Shown: one piece after another, positions 50,387 through 63,772 of the stretch
Layout of the letters: every line of letters begins with the position of its first letter
How positions within the stretch are numbered: the stretch's first letter is position 1
Assembly: GCA_965202585.1 (NCBI GenBank)
Contig: OZ241832.1
Location: 23,250,001-23,314,000 of the forward strand
Source of the DNA: Thalia democratica
Taxonomy: Eukaryota
Reading direction: 5' to 3'
Length of the DNA: 64,000 nucleotides
The notes under the pieces: model-generated
What the model was told of the DNA's origin: nothing
The model's input: the letters and a program-made list of their open reading frames with translations, nothing else
The model's database searches: none
Position numbers and translations under genes: made by a program

Positions 50387-50774
50387 CAATAGGTTCCTTA
50401 TGGGAGGCGAAAACTAAAACGGCGAATAAGTAGAAATTATTAAAATCTATCTCCTTCTACGTTTTTTGAGATGACTACCTTAAATTTTGGGGAAATGTTC
50501 CTTGAAATATTTAGAAAACTCTTTTGGAACAACATTTGAAAATATTAAAAAGTGAAAGTTTTATAAAAAAAAAACAAAAAAAATTTTTTTTTTGTTCATT
50601 TGTATAGAAAATTTAATTTTTTTTTAATTTTTTGCAACAGAATTTATAAATATTGCAAGGAACATTTCCTGAGAGTTTGAGGTAGTTATTTTAAAAAACG
50701 TAGGAGAAGATAGATTTTAGTGCAATAGTCTATTTCTGCTGTTTTAGTTTGCGCCTACCATAAGGAACTTATTG
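50387..50774. mobile_element. Foldback/long-TIR MITE (~390 bp, ~125-bp arms)
   Basis: CAATAGGTTCCTTATGG..AATGTTCCTTGAAATATT is the reverse complement, with mismatches, of AATATTGCAAGGAACATT..CCATAAGGAACTTATTG. Confidence 0.85.
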
Positions 50775-52809
50775 TTGCCTCAGACTTTGACCAACTACGA
50801 CTTAAAAATATTTTGAATTTTTAAAATATGTGAAAAGCAACTAGTAGCCTAGTAAAAACTATATATAATAAGATGAAATTGTGAAAAAAAAAAGTTTTAC
50901 TTTAACCTATGCCCTTAAGTTAATAATTGTACATTTTTGCACTACTTTGAACTTAAATACTAAATTTTATTATTTCTATTAACTGCAAGATTATATATAA
51001 AGCGTTTAATTTCAAAAGTAGAAACATTACTTACAATCAAAAGGTTGCTTGTGGTTAAATTTTTTTATAACAGTCCGAGCTTAATAGTAAAACTAAACAA
51101 AAGTGTAAGCAATTACTGTTTTACAAATGCAAAGTTTTTTAATAAAACGAGCTATACATACACTTGTTTTTTATAAATATTAGCTAACAGATAAGGTTTT
51201 TATCATGTTATGGCTGACTTCATTTTTTTATACAAACTATTTAATTTAAAACAGTTAATCAAACTCAATAAAGTTAGTTTTAACAAAGGGGTAATTGTAA
51301 ATAGTTTAATTAAATTATTTTAAAACTTTTTATAAATATTGTAGTATATAAAATATTTTTGAACTTATCACACTAATGTAGATTTTATTTTCATTGTTAT
51401 TCTTAAGTTAAGTAACATGTACAAATGAATGAGATACTGTTACTTAAAACAAGTTATCAAAAAGTGCTAAATAAAAATAAATATTTATAAGATATATACA
51501 ATTATTTAAAAAATTAAGTTTTTAAAGTTTAAAAAGTATTGTTTTTATACGAAAGTTACACACAAACACCAGAAGACTGTAAAAATCTTTAATTAATGCT
51601 TCAGATATAACAAAAATTGTTTTTAGTTTTTGTTTAATCTTATCACCATTTGTTGTAACAATTTATCTTTACATCTTACAATCACTGTTGTTTGGCTTGT
51701 TCATTGAAAAAAATTTTTGTAGAATAATGCGATTTTTTTATTGTTTACGTAGATATTTGTTTTTAAAACGTTGTAATAACTAAATTGTTTTAAACATTGA
51801 TATAAAACACGCTTTTGTTCCAAAATATAAGGTAACAGAAAATAGTATACTATGTGTTTATACTATAGCATTTAAAAAACTTGTTATTAATCGAAATGTA
51901 AAACTATATACTGTATTTCAAGTCAGTTTAAATAACAATAAATGAAAACAAAATTAAAGTAACAACATTATTTCAGTTGTAAGACTTAATACAAATAATA
52001 AACTAAAATTCAAAAATATTTGTTTTTAAGTGTAAGTAAATACTTCTGCATGACACCTAGTTCCAATGTTATCGCGAAATTTTGACATTTGTTCCTTTCT
52101 TAAAAAAAAAATTACTAAAGTATTTTCAAGTGAAAACCAGTAATCTATTTAAAATTCGTTCTGTTTTATAACAAAAATACTATGTTTAAAATGAATAACA
52201 TAGTGATTAGTTTTAAAAGTTTTTAAAACATTATATATAGATTATTATTTTTTTAATTTATTGATTAGAAAATTGAACTCATGAACTCAAAAGTGTATAT
52301 TATATGATTTTGTTTAATTTTTTTGTTTTATTTTGTAATAGAACAAAAAATTATTGTTTTGTTTATCTTAACAGGAAATAAGTAAAGTTGTGGTTGAAAG
52401 ACAAAAAGTAATCTCCTTGTAATTTTCCTTGTTTAAATGTTAGTAAAGTTTAATTTAACATTTATTAGTAATAAGGAAATATAAAATTCTAAATCCTTTC
52501 TAAGTATTGTTGTGTTTTGTTCAAAATTTTTTGTCAATGTTTTCTTGTTAAAACAGTATAAAACCAACATGAAAATGTAATTAATGTTCATTAATGTAAA
52601 AATAGTAGATAGTTTGTTTTCAATTATAAAATAGTACGTTTACTTTTTCTAGTAATTATTCTACTAATCAATGATATTACGTTTGATATTTTTGGCAAAG
52701 TATAATAAAATTACCAACTTGTAGTAACAAAAATTACTAGTATGTACTATAGAACATACTTTACTAAACCATTTTTTTTATAAGTTTAAAATATTTATAT
52801 TGTTTATTT

Positions 52810-54146
52810 CAGGGGCGTGTTTTGACTAGTTTCCTGTTTCTTATGAACCCCCTGATAAAAGAAAAAAAAATTCTTAGAACATCACTAAAAACGTTGTTTA
52901 TTGACTTTGTTTTGGTTATTTGATAAACTTTGAATAATGAATGTTGAATTTATAACACTGAAATATTAAAAAGTTGCAGTAAAAAAAATGCTCGTTTTTA
53001 CCCAGCTGAAATAGATTTTAAATCGAATTTTAACTGTGACGTCATAATAGGTAAAAGTTTTTTTAGTAGCATTTTTTCTAGGAAACTTTTTACTAAGATG
53101 CTCTTTTCCGTTATAAATTGTTACTTAGTGAAATATCTTTTGAGTACTGTTTTTCAATTTATAACTACAATTTTACTTTTGAAATGTCCAATATAATCAC
53201 TAAAGTTTTATTTTACTTAGTTTATTGTATATAATAATGTTATGTTGTTATACAATAATGTTGTGTTTGTACTTAAACGTTAATATTTTTGTTTATGTGT
53301 CAACCAGCTGGGCTTAAAACAATAAAATTTCAATTCAGAGAGTTTTCAAAATCATCTTTAAACAACTACACCACCTGGAAATTTATTCTTTTATCATTTA
53401 ATGGTAATTTAATATTTTTATTAAAGTTGTTTTATTTTTTTATATCTGTTGGCAACCAAGTTGAATCTTGATTTTTTTAAATTTTTAATTCAAAGAGATT
53501 TTAAAACCATCATTAGAATCCCTGCACTATCAGGCATACATTTAAATAAAACTTAAAAATATTTTAATTTAATTGTAGAAGTCTAAACTTTTTTTTAGTG
53601 GAGTATAAGTTTTTATAGACTAAATTATTTGAATTTTTTTTTTATTGTAAGTAGATATATAAATGTAAAAAGTTTAAATTTTAAAAGAAAAAAATTGTAA
53701 AAACTCCTTCTATACTAACATTTAAAACAAAATTGAAATTCTTTTTATAAAAGTTTATTCTAGTTTCAATTATTTCATAATATTGTTTCCTGATTAAAAG
53801 GTTAAATTTTATAGAGTTAGTTAGTTATGTCGGTATAATTTTGTTTTAATAACAGATTTGAATTTTGATATACAATTTGTAAGTTCTTAACTTTTTTCTG
53901 GTTCTTTTTGCTTTGATTTATTTAAATTTAATACAGTATAATAAAAAAAAATAGTATTTTTCTACTACTACTTATATGTTTTTTTTTGTATTTCTGAGCA
54001 GAAAAAAAAATTTAAACACAGAGTTTTTCGGCTAAATATTGCGTACTTAACTGGCAGTGCATACCTAATTAATGGGTACTTAAGCGGCAAATTAAGAACA
54101 AAAAAAACTGTGAACCCCCTTTGAAAAAAGTTTAGACACGCCCCTG
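52810..54146. mobile_element. hAT non-autonomous element, 1337 bp
   Basis: TIR CAGGGGCGTGT / ACACGCCCCTG; 8-bp TSD GTTTATTT / GTTTAGTT (7/8 match). Confidence 0.88.
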
Positions 54147-54278
54147 GTTTAGTTAAACTAAAAAAATTGATGCAACATTTCACTTTACAATCATTTTTAA
54201 AATAATAAAAAAAGGCAGTTTAAAAGTCTTAAAAAATTAAAAAAACAATAATTTTATATGTAAAAAAATTAATATTAA

Positions 54279-54285
54279 TATAAAA
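54279..54285 (+). promoter_or_regulatory. Candidate TATA box of the prepropeptide gene
   Basis: TATAAAA starting 54 nt upstream of ATG 54333. Confidence 0.4.
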
Positions 54286-54332
54286 AACAGTTGCAGTTTT
54301 GACATATTAAACATTTAAAATAAGATATTACT

Positions 54333-55081
54333 ATGATGTTTAAAACCGGGAAATCTTCTACTTTGTTTTTTATTGGCTCAATTCTGGTTTTTCTTTTGGT
54401 TGTACAGAATTACGAAGTTGAAGCTAGAAGGTTTGTTTAATTACTAACATGTACATCACAATACTTAAGCAAAAAACTAAAAAACCATGTTTCTAAAATT
54501 TATATAAATCGTACAAGATCTGAAGTTTTTATAGTCTATCCACCGATAAACCTTTAAAAAAATATTTTACTATGTTATAGTATTTTTTTAAATTGAAAAT
54601 TTTAAACCTATGTCAAAAATTATCTCTATAAATTTAAAAAATAAAGTAAAAACAGTATCAAAATAGTTAATAGAGCTATATGTTATTAGTTTTGTTTAGT
54701 TGTTTAACAACCACGAAACAATTTATATGATTCGTAGACTAACATTAAGAATGTTGAGAAACATGAGTGTTGAACAACTACGCAATGTGAAATGTGAGGG
54801 TAGAATGTTAAACTATTGCAATTACATTGGATCATGGTGCACTGCAGAAATATTAACCGTTCGCAGAAAAAGAGATACTGGTAACTTTTGTTTGTTATAT
54901 GTAAAATGATAGAAGCATTAGGTTTACTTTAAGGTACCTTGACTAAGATAATGTATAAATTTTTATTGAACGATAAAGAAGCGCTTAAAAATTTTGCTCC
55001 AACGACATGGTGTACAGAAAAAAATTTTGGTTATCGAGTCGTACACCACACTTTTTTACATTTTCAGATGAGCTAGAATAG
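54333..55081 (+). CDS. Small secreted Cys-containing prepropeptide; shortest model join(54333..54430,54738..54880,55068..55081), 84 aa
   Basis: Signal peptide MMFKTGKSSTLFFIGSILVFLLVVQNYEVEA; phase-2 intron (AG|gtttgt..cgtag|A) into RRLTLRMLRNMSVEQLRNVKCEGRMLNYCNYIGSWCTAEILTV-RRKR-DT; phase-1 intron (G|gtaact..ttttcag|AT) to DELE*; AATAAA downstream. The exon-2 acceptor and the choice of last exon are uncertain. Confidence 0.65.
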
Positions 55082-57237
55082 AATGAACTTAAAAATAAAA
55101 ATTTTTAATCCTTGAGAAATAAAACAATGAATAAAATTAAATAGAAGAAAAGAAAAGTATTTTTTATTTAACAAAATGTTTTAAACCTTGAAAGTAAAAA
55201 TAAAAACAATAACATTTTTTGTGAAAAAAAAAAAAAATGAAACATATTTATTTAAAATCTTAAGAACATGTTTTAATAACTAGTTTAAAGTTAAAAAAAC
55301 ACTACATTATTTAACAACAATGTAATGTTTCAGTTGGCAAAAAGAAAAACAGAATTTGCAAAATATGCAGAGAAGTTTGTTACAACAAAGATTATTGGTT
55401 CTGAGCAAGTTGAAAACAACTTCTGTTATGACTGAAGCATCAACTATTAAAATGTTGTTTATAAATTTTTATATTTTTGTATAAAAAATACTTTGATCAG
55501 TAGCTATACTGTTTTATTTACATATAAATATAAGTGACTTTGTTTTTTCGGAAAATAAACCGTAAATGTTGACCATTTGTTACCAAATGAACTTTTTTTT
55601 TATGTTCATACTTTGCTTATAAGTGAAATAGATTCCACATTCAGATAACAACTTTATCAAAATACTTATCTATTTCAAATTTATTATTCAGCTGTAAAAC
55701 TAATATTTTTTAAAAGTTTCAGTAATTTAAACTAGCTCTAAAAGTTGTTGTAATGTTATTTAATAAACTATTTAGTTTTCACTGAAAAAAACTCTGTTTT
55801 AAACTAAAACGTTTCTTTTTGCCTATTCGTAGTAAGACATAAACATTTACATTCCATAACAAAAAGCGTACTTACTAGATACTGTTACGAAACTACAAAA
55901 AAAAAACATTAAACAACTTTAAAGTAAATGATTTTCATTCGTTATATAAAGTAGTACTCTATCGTTTAGTTTTACTACCTAAATCAGACAAAATATATCT
56001 TTTTGTATAAAAGAATTTAACTACGATGTAATATAAGATAGCTTAGCAACAGAAACTTATTATGCGTAGTTTACTTTTGTTTCTATACTTGAGCTAATTC
56101 GTTTGTTGTTTAGTTTTTGTCTGTAACAAAGTACTATTTGTGCTAGATTAAAACAATTTAAGCCAATTTGGTACCCCTGTTTAAGTTTAAATAACATTTG
56201 TAACTAACGTAAATAAATTCATATGCTTTCCAATAGTAAAAATAAGAATATTAAGGATTAAGATTCATAGTTACTAAATGTAAATAAAAAAAAAATAATA
56301 TATTCATATATATAAGAGTTTTTAAACTTTACTTATAATGTAACTAACATATAATCAAATTTTAATTATCTGTCTTAAATTGTTGTACTTAAGATTAAAG
56401 AAAAATAATAAATTAAGTTACTTATAAAAAACCATTAATGTTTTACTAACTTTTACAAATGTAAGGTAACAGATAAAGGTGGTTGTAACTACAACTATTT
56501 TTTGATTGTATACATATTTAAATGCTTTAATTTAACACTTGCTAATAAATCTACTAAACTAAATGTTGTAGATATTCTTAATAAAAGTCTTATTTTTTTT
56601 TATAATATTTGGTATAGCTATGCAACATTATTTAATAACTATATTATTATTTTAATATAATTATAGTAGGTACATGATGAACTCTAAATAAATTCAAAAC
56701 AGAAAACTATCTTACGTTTGTGTAAAACTAACTTGATAAACACTGTTATAAGCATTATACTAGTGTAGACCCAATTAAAAATAAATATGTTCATACTCAT
56801 TTGTAAAAAAATGTTTATTAACGTGTTCTTCTAAAAAACATATTTTCAGTTATTTAAGTTTTTTATTTAAAAAACACTTTAAACTGGTGTTAAAAAAAAC
56901 TAATATTTTGGAAAGTACTCGTTTATTTATAAACCAAAAACACATTAGTACTTGTATCCTATTGCTTTTTATACAATTCTTACAAATATTTTATTCACGC
57001 TACATGCGAAGTTTTCAACTTAGTGGTGAACCAAATATCTTACTGTAACATTTCAACATTTAAGATTTTAATGATTTTTGCTGTTATTAAGTACTTATGA
57101 AAAAATTAAAATGCAAAGTTTTACAGATCATTCTCTAAACAAAACTTCAAAGTTAACATGACATAGTTTTAGAATGTATTTTACTTAAATTATATTATTA
57201 TTCTTAAAGTTATCATTTCTACAGTTTTATAGGTTTA

Positions 57238-57600
57238 CTATCATTCCTAACTCGCTATCATTTCTAACACGATCTTTTCCAAACAAATAACTTCTAACCC
57301 GATCACTTCTAACCCGATCATTTCTAACCCGATCACTTCTAACCCGATCACTTCTAACTCGATATCTTCTAACCCAATCATTTCTAACTCGATTACTTCT
57401 AACCCGATCACTTATAACTCGGTCATTTCTAACCCGATCACTTCTAACCAGATAACTTCTAACCAGATAACTTCTAACTCGATCATTTCTAACCCGATCA
57501 CTTCTAAAACAATCATTTCTAACCCAATAACTTCCAACCCGATTATTTCTAACCGTATCATATCTAACCTGATCTAACCTGACAATTATTAACCTGATCT
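57238..57600. repeat. 15-bp minisatellite (GATCACTTCTAACCC)n, ~20 copies; probable terminal array of a MULE-type transposon
   Basis: Direct head-to-tail 15-mers with point variants and no unique spacers; grades into CTAACCTG repeats and then transposase-like remnants. Confidence 0.85.
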
Positions 57601-57949
57601 GTATAAATATATTTGTTTATTATTTTTTTAAATAAGAGTTTATTTTAAAAACAAATTGATATCAACAAAGTTATATTTTTTAACGGAATTTAGTTTCTTT
57701 TGTTAAAATAAAAAACTTAATGTTCAGAAAGCTGTTGTTAAAATTTAATTTTTGTTATTTATTGCTTTTGGAAGTTTTTTATCATACGCTAGACCCATAT
57801 ATCAAAATCTGGGCCACTTAAACTGAATGACACTTAAGAAAGAGACGAAAATTTATATATCTAAAATCAAAAAATGTAGTTTTATCTATTATTTATAGAT
57901 TAAAAGCAAAAGAAATCAACACTATAGTATAATACTAATTGACTTATTT

Positions 57950-58670
57950 AAGATTTGAAGGATAAGGTTTTTAACAAATTTGGTTTAAACAAGATAATAA
58001 GAAAGCTTAACATCAATTCTTTCATCGATCAGTGAATTCCAATAAAACCAAACACTGCTGCATAATCTTTCAATTTAGAATTAACTTCCAATTTCTTTTC
58101 AACAAAAAACCTTCTCTTAAAAATTCACCGACACATATTGAGACGATTTAGTAAATTATTTTAATGATTTTAGTGCAGCAATCAGCAAAATAGTCTGAAA
58201 CACGCACTTCTTCATTAAAGTACGGTTCATGGTTACTTTTATAAAAATAATTTTGAACATACTAGAATGTCAGAATTCAAACAAACTCGGACGCTCATGA
58301 ATAAAATTTATTCTTGTTCAAACATCAACCGGATATACACATCCTAACATTTAGAGTTAGGTACTGTACATTTTTGCAACCGTTTAGTATTTCATTGTTT
58401 TTTTATCAATTATTTTTGTCGTTTTGCTAAAGAATAATCGGTACAATTGAAATAAACATTATAGGAATTAAGGTAAAGACAAATTGAAAAATAAATCAAA
58501 AATTTAAGTGCGTTGACTAACCACTAAATTTTAAATTTAAAGTACAAAGCTCATTAAGAATACAGGTCAAGTAAATACCTATCGAAAGTATTGAAAAACG
58601 GTTTATTACTTACAGAGGAAAGGCGCTGCTATTAATATCAAACTATAGAATGAACCAAATTCTACATATT
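57950..58670 (+). mobile_element. Highly decayed MULE (FLYWCH-type) transposase fragments
   Basis: RIQTNSDAHE*..VQTSTGYTHPNI (~58266-58350) resembles the MULE C-terminal TNN..E..HPNI motif. ITYRGKALLLISNYRM (~58605-58655) resembles the start of a FLYWCH domain. Multiple stops. Confidence 0.45.
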
Positions 58671-60184
58671 AAATCAATGGTTTATAAGCTTAAAAAGTTT
58701 TTAAATTACTGATAGTTTCTAATATAAAGTATCTTATCTTAATGAAGTAAACTTAAATCATAGTTGTTCAATTTTTTCTAAAATTAGTTTTGTTTTAAAG
58801 CTAATTCCACATTTAAACTAAAAGATAATTATGACTTCATGAATTTTTCGATTTATTTTCGTGTTAACTAATTATTTTTATAAGGTATGGATTATAAACT
58901 AATTTTAATTAATTATTTTTAAAAAGCATTAGGAAAAGTATAATCTTATGAAATTTAAAGATTAAGTATTAAGTTTTGATAATCGTCAATGTTAGAAATA
59001 TGATGAGTATTGCAGCCATTGAAGACTACTCCGGACTTTTTCTTTTAAGAGATTATATATGGTTAATAAATATTTTTAAAGTATGGAGACCAGATTGGCA
59101 AGTTGCATTCAAGTTTAGGGCGATTTTATATGTAATAAAAATTTTAAAGAATACTAATATCAGTATATATAAAACTTGAAATAACACAGTTAATAAAACT
59201 TAGTAATCCTAATTAGTATGGTGATTTAATTTCAAACTATCATCATTAAATTTTAAGTTCTTAAAACGAAAGTGTTCACTGTTTAATAAGTTAATTTAAA
59301 ACCTGTCAATTACTAGAACTTAAATTTAATTTTTTTTTTTTTTAGCCAGTGGTAAACTATAATTAGAGATTAAATAAAATATATTATATAACAAACTTAA
59401 CTATAAAAGTTAAGTGTCAAAAACTTATTATTTTGCTTATTTTCTTTCAAATTATGATGTATATAGAGAAAAATATACATTTATCTTTAAAAGTTTTCAA
59501 CATTTGAAATTTCAAAAACAGCTTCTCACGGTCAATAGTAAAAAATTTCTTAATATCTTTTAAAAGTTATATGTTTCACAGGTTTCCAAAAAAAAAAACA
59601 AACACTTAAGATTATTTATTGATATTTAAATATGAAAAAAACTATAAGTAGTTTAATTGATTATATAATTTCAAAACTTATAATAAAATTTGTTTGTATT
59701 GTGAAACTCTAATATAGGTTTAAGTTTCCAATGGATAAAAAAATCATGACATTTGTAGAAATTTAGAGGTACAAAAAAACACCGAGAATAAAGTCAATAT
59801 ACTTCAATCTGGCTTTACTGTAATGTTTAAAAAGTAAATATGTTGCGTGTAATTGTCGTTAGAAAAAATAGTTGATTAAAGGAAACAACGAATTTAATGG
59901 CGTATTTAGAAACTTTTGCTTTTAGCTATACTTAATTTGACTATAATTAATTTATTACTCTATTTCGAAATTTCTTTACAGTACTTATTTTGTTTTAACC
60001 TACGTTTTTTCAATTGTTCATCATAAAGTAGATTTTAAATAATTTACTTTCGACTAAAATACTAATTTAAGTCGTAATTGAAACATTTTGTATATTATAT
60101 AAATTTAAGTAAAGGTTTTAAATTACCTTGGCGAGATTTGATTAACCTCTGACTTGTTGTACAAATAGACATTGCTGTTTAATT

Positions 60185-63100
60185 CAGGTGTCTGCAAACT
60201 GCGGCCCGCGGGCCAATTGCGGCCCTCGAAGGGTAAACCTGCGGCCCGCGAGCACGTTATTTTTTTGAATGGAATGGGGCCCGCGTAGGAAAATTTTGTG
60301 GCCTGCGAGCATGTAAATGTGACCCGCTGAGCAAAAATATATAATCAAGTTAATTTTTTTTCGGTAAGATGATTTAATTTGACTAGTTTGGTTTTAAGTC
60401 TCTGTATAACATTTTAAATAATTAGAATAAATTACTGCTTTAGTTTGAAAATATTAAAAAAGAGAGATAAGCATTCTAACAGGATATTTTTCTCAGTTTC
60501 ATAATAACCTCTTTCTTACAATAGCAAGTAATTATCTGAAAAAAGAGTGTAAAGAGTGCTTGAATACAATAAGTTAGCTATATAATACCTATTTGTTAAA
60601 TAAACGAAATGCAAATGTTTTGTATTTTGTACAAAAGTAATGCACAGTAATTAACTAAAGTGTCGTTTCTTTATAGCTTAGATGTTCTTTTTCAATTTTT
60701 TATACCTAAGTTTTTTTTATAGATGTTTTATTTGTAAATGTTACATTTTAGTGTAAAAAAATTTCAAATAACATAGTAATAAGAAATAGGTTTATTTGAT
60801 TTTTGTTTTGACACATTTTAAATTTTAAGAAATTTTCTCTACACTTTAAATTAATTTTGATGCACACCAACTTAAAAAGATGCTCATATTTTAAACCACT
60901 TTTTTTTTAGTACTTTAGTTAGTTTAAGTTTAGTTTATGTATAATTTTTTAACATTGTTGTTTCTACATGTAGTATCTAAATTTGTACAGACACATTTAA
61001 ATCAATATATACGATATAAATTAATATAGTTTTTGTTAGGTATACATTTTCATTTTTCAAACATTTTTTTGTCAAACTAAATTAATTTTTATGCCTTGTA
61101 CATCATTACACACAATTGCTGTTTTTTGGAGCTACCTATTTAATATAAACTAGATTTAAGGATAGTAAATTTATTAAGTTTGTACATTGTTAACCAAAAT
61201 AGTTTTACTTAAGCAAATAAACAACTAAACATTGACACACACTTAATTTATCACTATTTGAAGACTTAAAATCTCAGGCCAACTAAGTCATTTTAAAAGA
61301 TTTTGTATAGAATTACTTTTTGTATACAAAAACATCAGGAATGTTTTTGTTGACTCAGACTGTCTTTTTTGGTTATAAGAGTGGCAAATTAAACTTATGA
61401 TGTATGTTTTGCTCAATCCACGGTGTTAGTTTTAGTTATAATATATGTTAAATTTTAAGTCTTGCAGCTGATAAAATTCTAAAATTTTTTAATGTTATTG
61501 TTAACATTTTAATGTGAACAATCAGTGTTGCCAAAAAACTTGAATCCCGGAAAAGCTTTGAATTTGAAAATTTAAGCTTAAAAATTCTGGAAAAAAAATT
61601 TAAATTTGAGAATTTTTGAAAAAACCTAGAATTTCAGACAATTTTTACATGCAAAGTAATGAAATTTCGAATTGACACAAAAAATTTAGCAAATAAACAT
61701 TTCTTTATTATAAAATATATTTAAGTAGCTTAACAGTATTTTTTAATATTGATATATTTTTTAAGACATTTTTTAAACTTTAAATAACTTTATACTATAA
61801 ATAAAAGAAAGAACTGTACTTCCAAAAACTTTGTATTGGTTCATTGCACCTTTACTTGTAAAATTTTACCGATTGTGTGCTTCGCGTTGGAACTAAACCA
61901 AAAATTCTACTAAAATACCAAAGTTAGTGAAAACATGTCTAATAAAAATTATCAGATGAGCAAAAGTTATTCTATCAGTGTTCTCATGTTAACAGATTGA
62001 TTAAAGTCCTAGTTTGATTTATGCGACTTTATAACCTTAATGCATTTCCTAAACACGACTTCTTGTTGTCGTTGAAGAAATAAACAAAAGTTTTTCATTA
62101 CTGCTAACATAAATTCTTTAAAAAGTTGTCAATTACAAACGGTATCTCATTTTAAGTAATAAATTTTGCTACTTTATAACTTGCCTTAACAATTTTTTCT
62201 GATCATTCTGTAGTTACTGAAGACAATCATGTGCTTTGTTGGAACTGACTTTGGTGATTTGTTTTTGATCGTTTCTCGCAATAACTCCTAACTAATGTTT
62301 TTTTTTTGTAGCTCGTCTTATATTTTCCAATTACTATTTTTAAATCAAATATTCTTATTGCAGATAAATAGTTGCTATAATGCTTAATAAAAAATAAGTT
62401 TTTCTACTTTCCTAATGACTCAATAAAGTGTTATACTTTTCTTAAATTTATTTAAGAAACTTAATTGTCTATTCCAGCTGACTTATATTTTTGGCATGTA
62501 ATTTATTTACTCTTAACAACCTTCGTCATTTCTTTATGTTAAGAACTTTATTTTAACTGGGTTGCTACACAAAAAGGCAATTTCAAAAGCTTGAAAACTC
62601 AGGTGTGAGTGAAACTTTTATTTCAAACACTTTAATGAAATCTTTTAATTCTCAGAATACTTTTTATGACTGTAGTGTAGTTTACTTATTGTAATTTTTT
62701 CTTGTTTTCTTACACTTTTTGATAATGATGATATTTTAACTAGGTATTTAAGCTTTATTAACAATTATTTATCAGTTTTTTAATTTTTTATATTTTTAAT
62801 TGTTTTAATTTTTTATATTTTTAATAAACTTAGGCTGGATTGATACAACTTAGACATTTTTTCTTTAAAAGTGGCAACCATGTAAAGGACTAATCACTAA
62901 TAAGATATTTTATAAAGTGTTCCAGAATTAATTATGTTAAAGAATTTGTTCTAGCTTTCTGGAATACAGGTATTAATATTATTAAGTTAAATAATTACTA
63001 ATTTTTTTAATTAATATAAACTGTTTAACACGCAAAAACTTTTTTTGAAGTATATGTTCTGAGAAATATAAAAAAAGGGTTGATTTTATAACAATGTATA

Positions 63101-63455
63101 AGAGTAACCCAAAAATTATCTTTCAAGTTTGGTTTTTATAGAGAGTTAAGATGTAAGTAATATTACATAAGTATTAAGTTTAACTTATTAAGTGCTTATG
63201 AAAGTACATAGTGTCTTAACACTTAAGTATATTAGCCAATGTAAATTCTATTCTAACGAATACTAATTTAAATAAGCATTCTATATATACATAAAAGTCA
63301 TTTAAAATAATAAGGTGAATAAAAGTAAAATTGTTTTTCTAGTGTAATTAAAACTAAAATAAAAATATTATTCAAATGTCAAATAAACTGCGGCCCGCGA
63401 AGACTTTGGAATTTTAAAATTTTGCCCGCGACCACCAACTGCCTGCCGACCCCTT
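60185..63455. mobile_element. hAT (Charlie-type) element, 3271 bp, decayed
   Basis: Left end CAGGTGTCTGCAAACTGCGGCCCGCG, right end GCCTGCCGACCCCTT, with GGCCCGCG subterminal repeats. Exact 8-bp TSD GTTTAATT (60177-60184, 63456-63463). TDCVLRVGTKPKI at ~61870 resembles a Buster transposase C-terminus. Confidence 0.92.
62557..62882. mobile_element. Small GGTTGC-TIR element nested in the hAT
   Basis: Ends CTGGGTTGCTAC / GTGGCAACCATG, the same TIR family as 29525-30507; TAA on both flanks. Confidence 0.5.
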
Positions 63456-63772
63456 GTTTAATTATTAGTGATATTTTTTGCTCTAGGACTAAGTAGGAAT
63501 TTATTAATGATTTGAAATCAAGACGGTCAATCGACTTAACATACTTTTGCGGTTTGTTATATAGAATAACTGTTTTAATATCTAGGTTATACATAAAAAT
63601 CATTCTTTTTCACTTAATATAACAAAAGTATTTGATTTTTCTTAGTGTTTGTTTGAATTCCATTATCTTATTAGGTCTTTGAAAGTTAATAAAATAATAA
63701 TTTGTAAAAGTTACTAAAATAAAACTTAAAACAAACCTACTGTAAAACGTTAATACATTAGTCAGCAAACAT

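Noticed and set aside
54738-55404. Insulin/relaxin-family assignment of the prepropeptide
   Set aside because: It lacks the B-chain CG..L..C and the A-chain CC-x3-C-x8-C patterns.
57238-57600. CRISPR array or interstitial telomere
   Set aside because: No unique spacers and a eukaryotic context; TAACCC occurs only once per 15-mer rather than as a hexamer run.
60122-60175. Possible minus-strand first exon MSICTTSQRLIKSRQ|gtaatt
   Set aside because: No frame-compatible downstream exon could be found.
58976-63603. ORF-track ORFs 58976 and 63379 (likewise 14630, 19694, 36150, 50221, 53289, 53968)
   Set aside because: Short AT-rich frames within or beside transposon sequence, mostly starting at non-ATG codons, with no domain or splice support.
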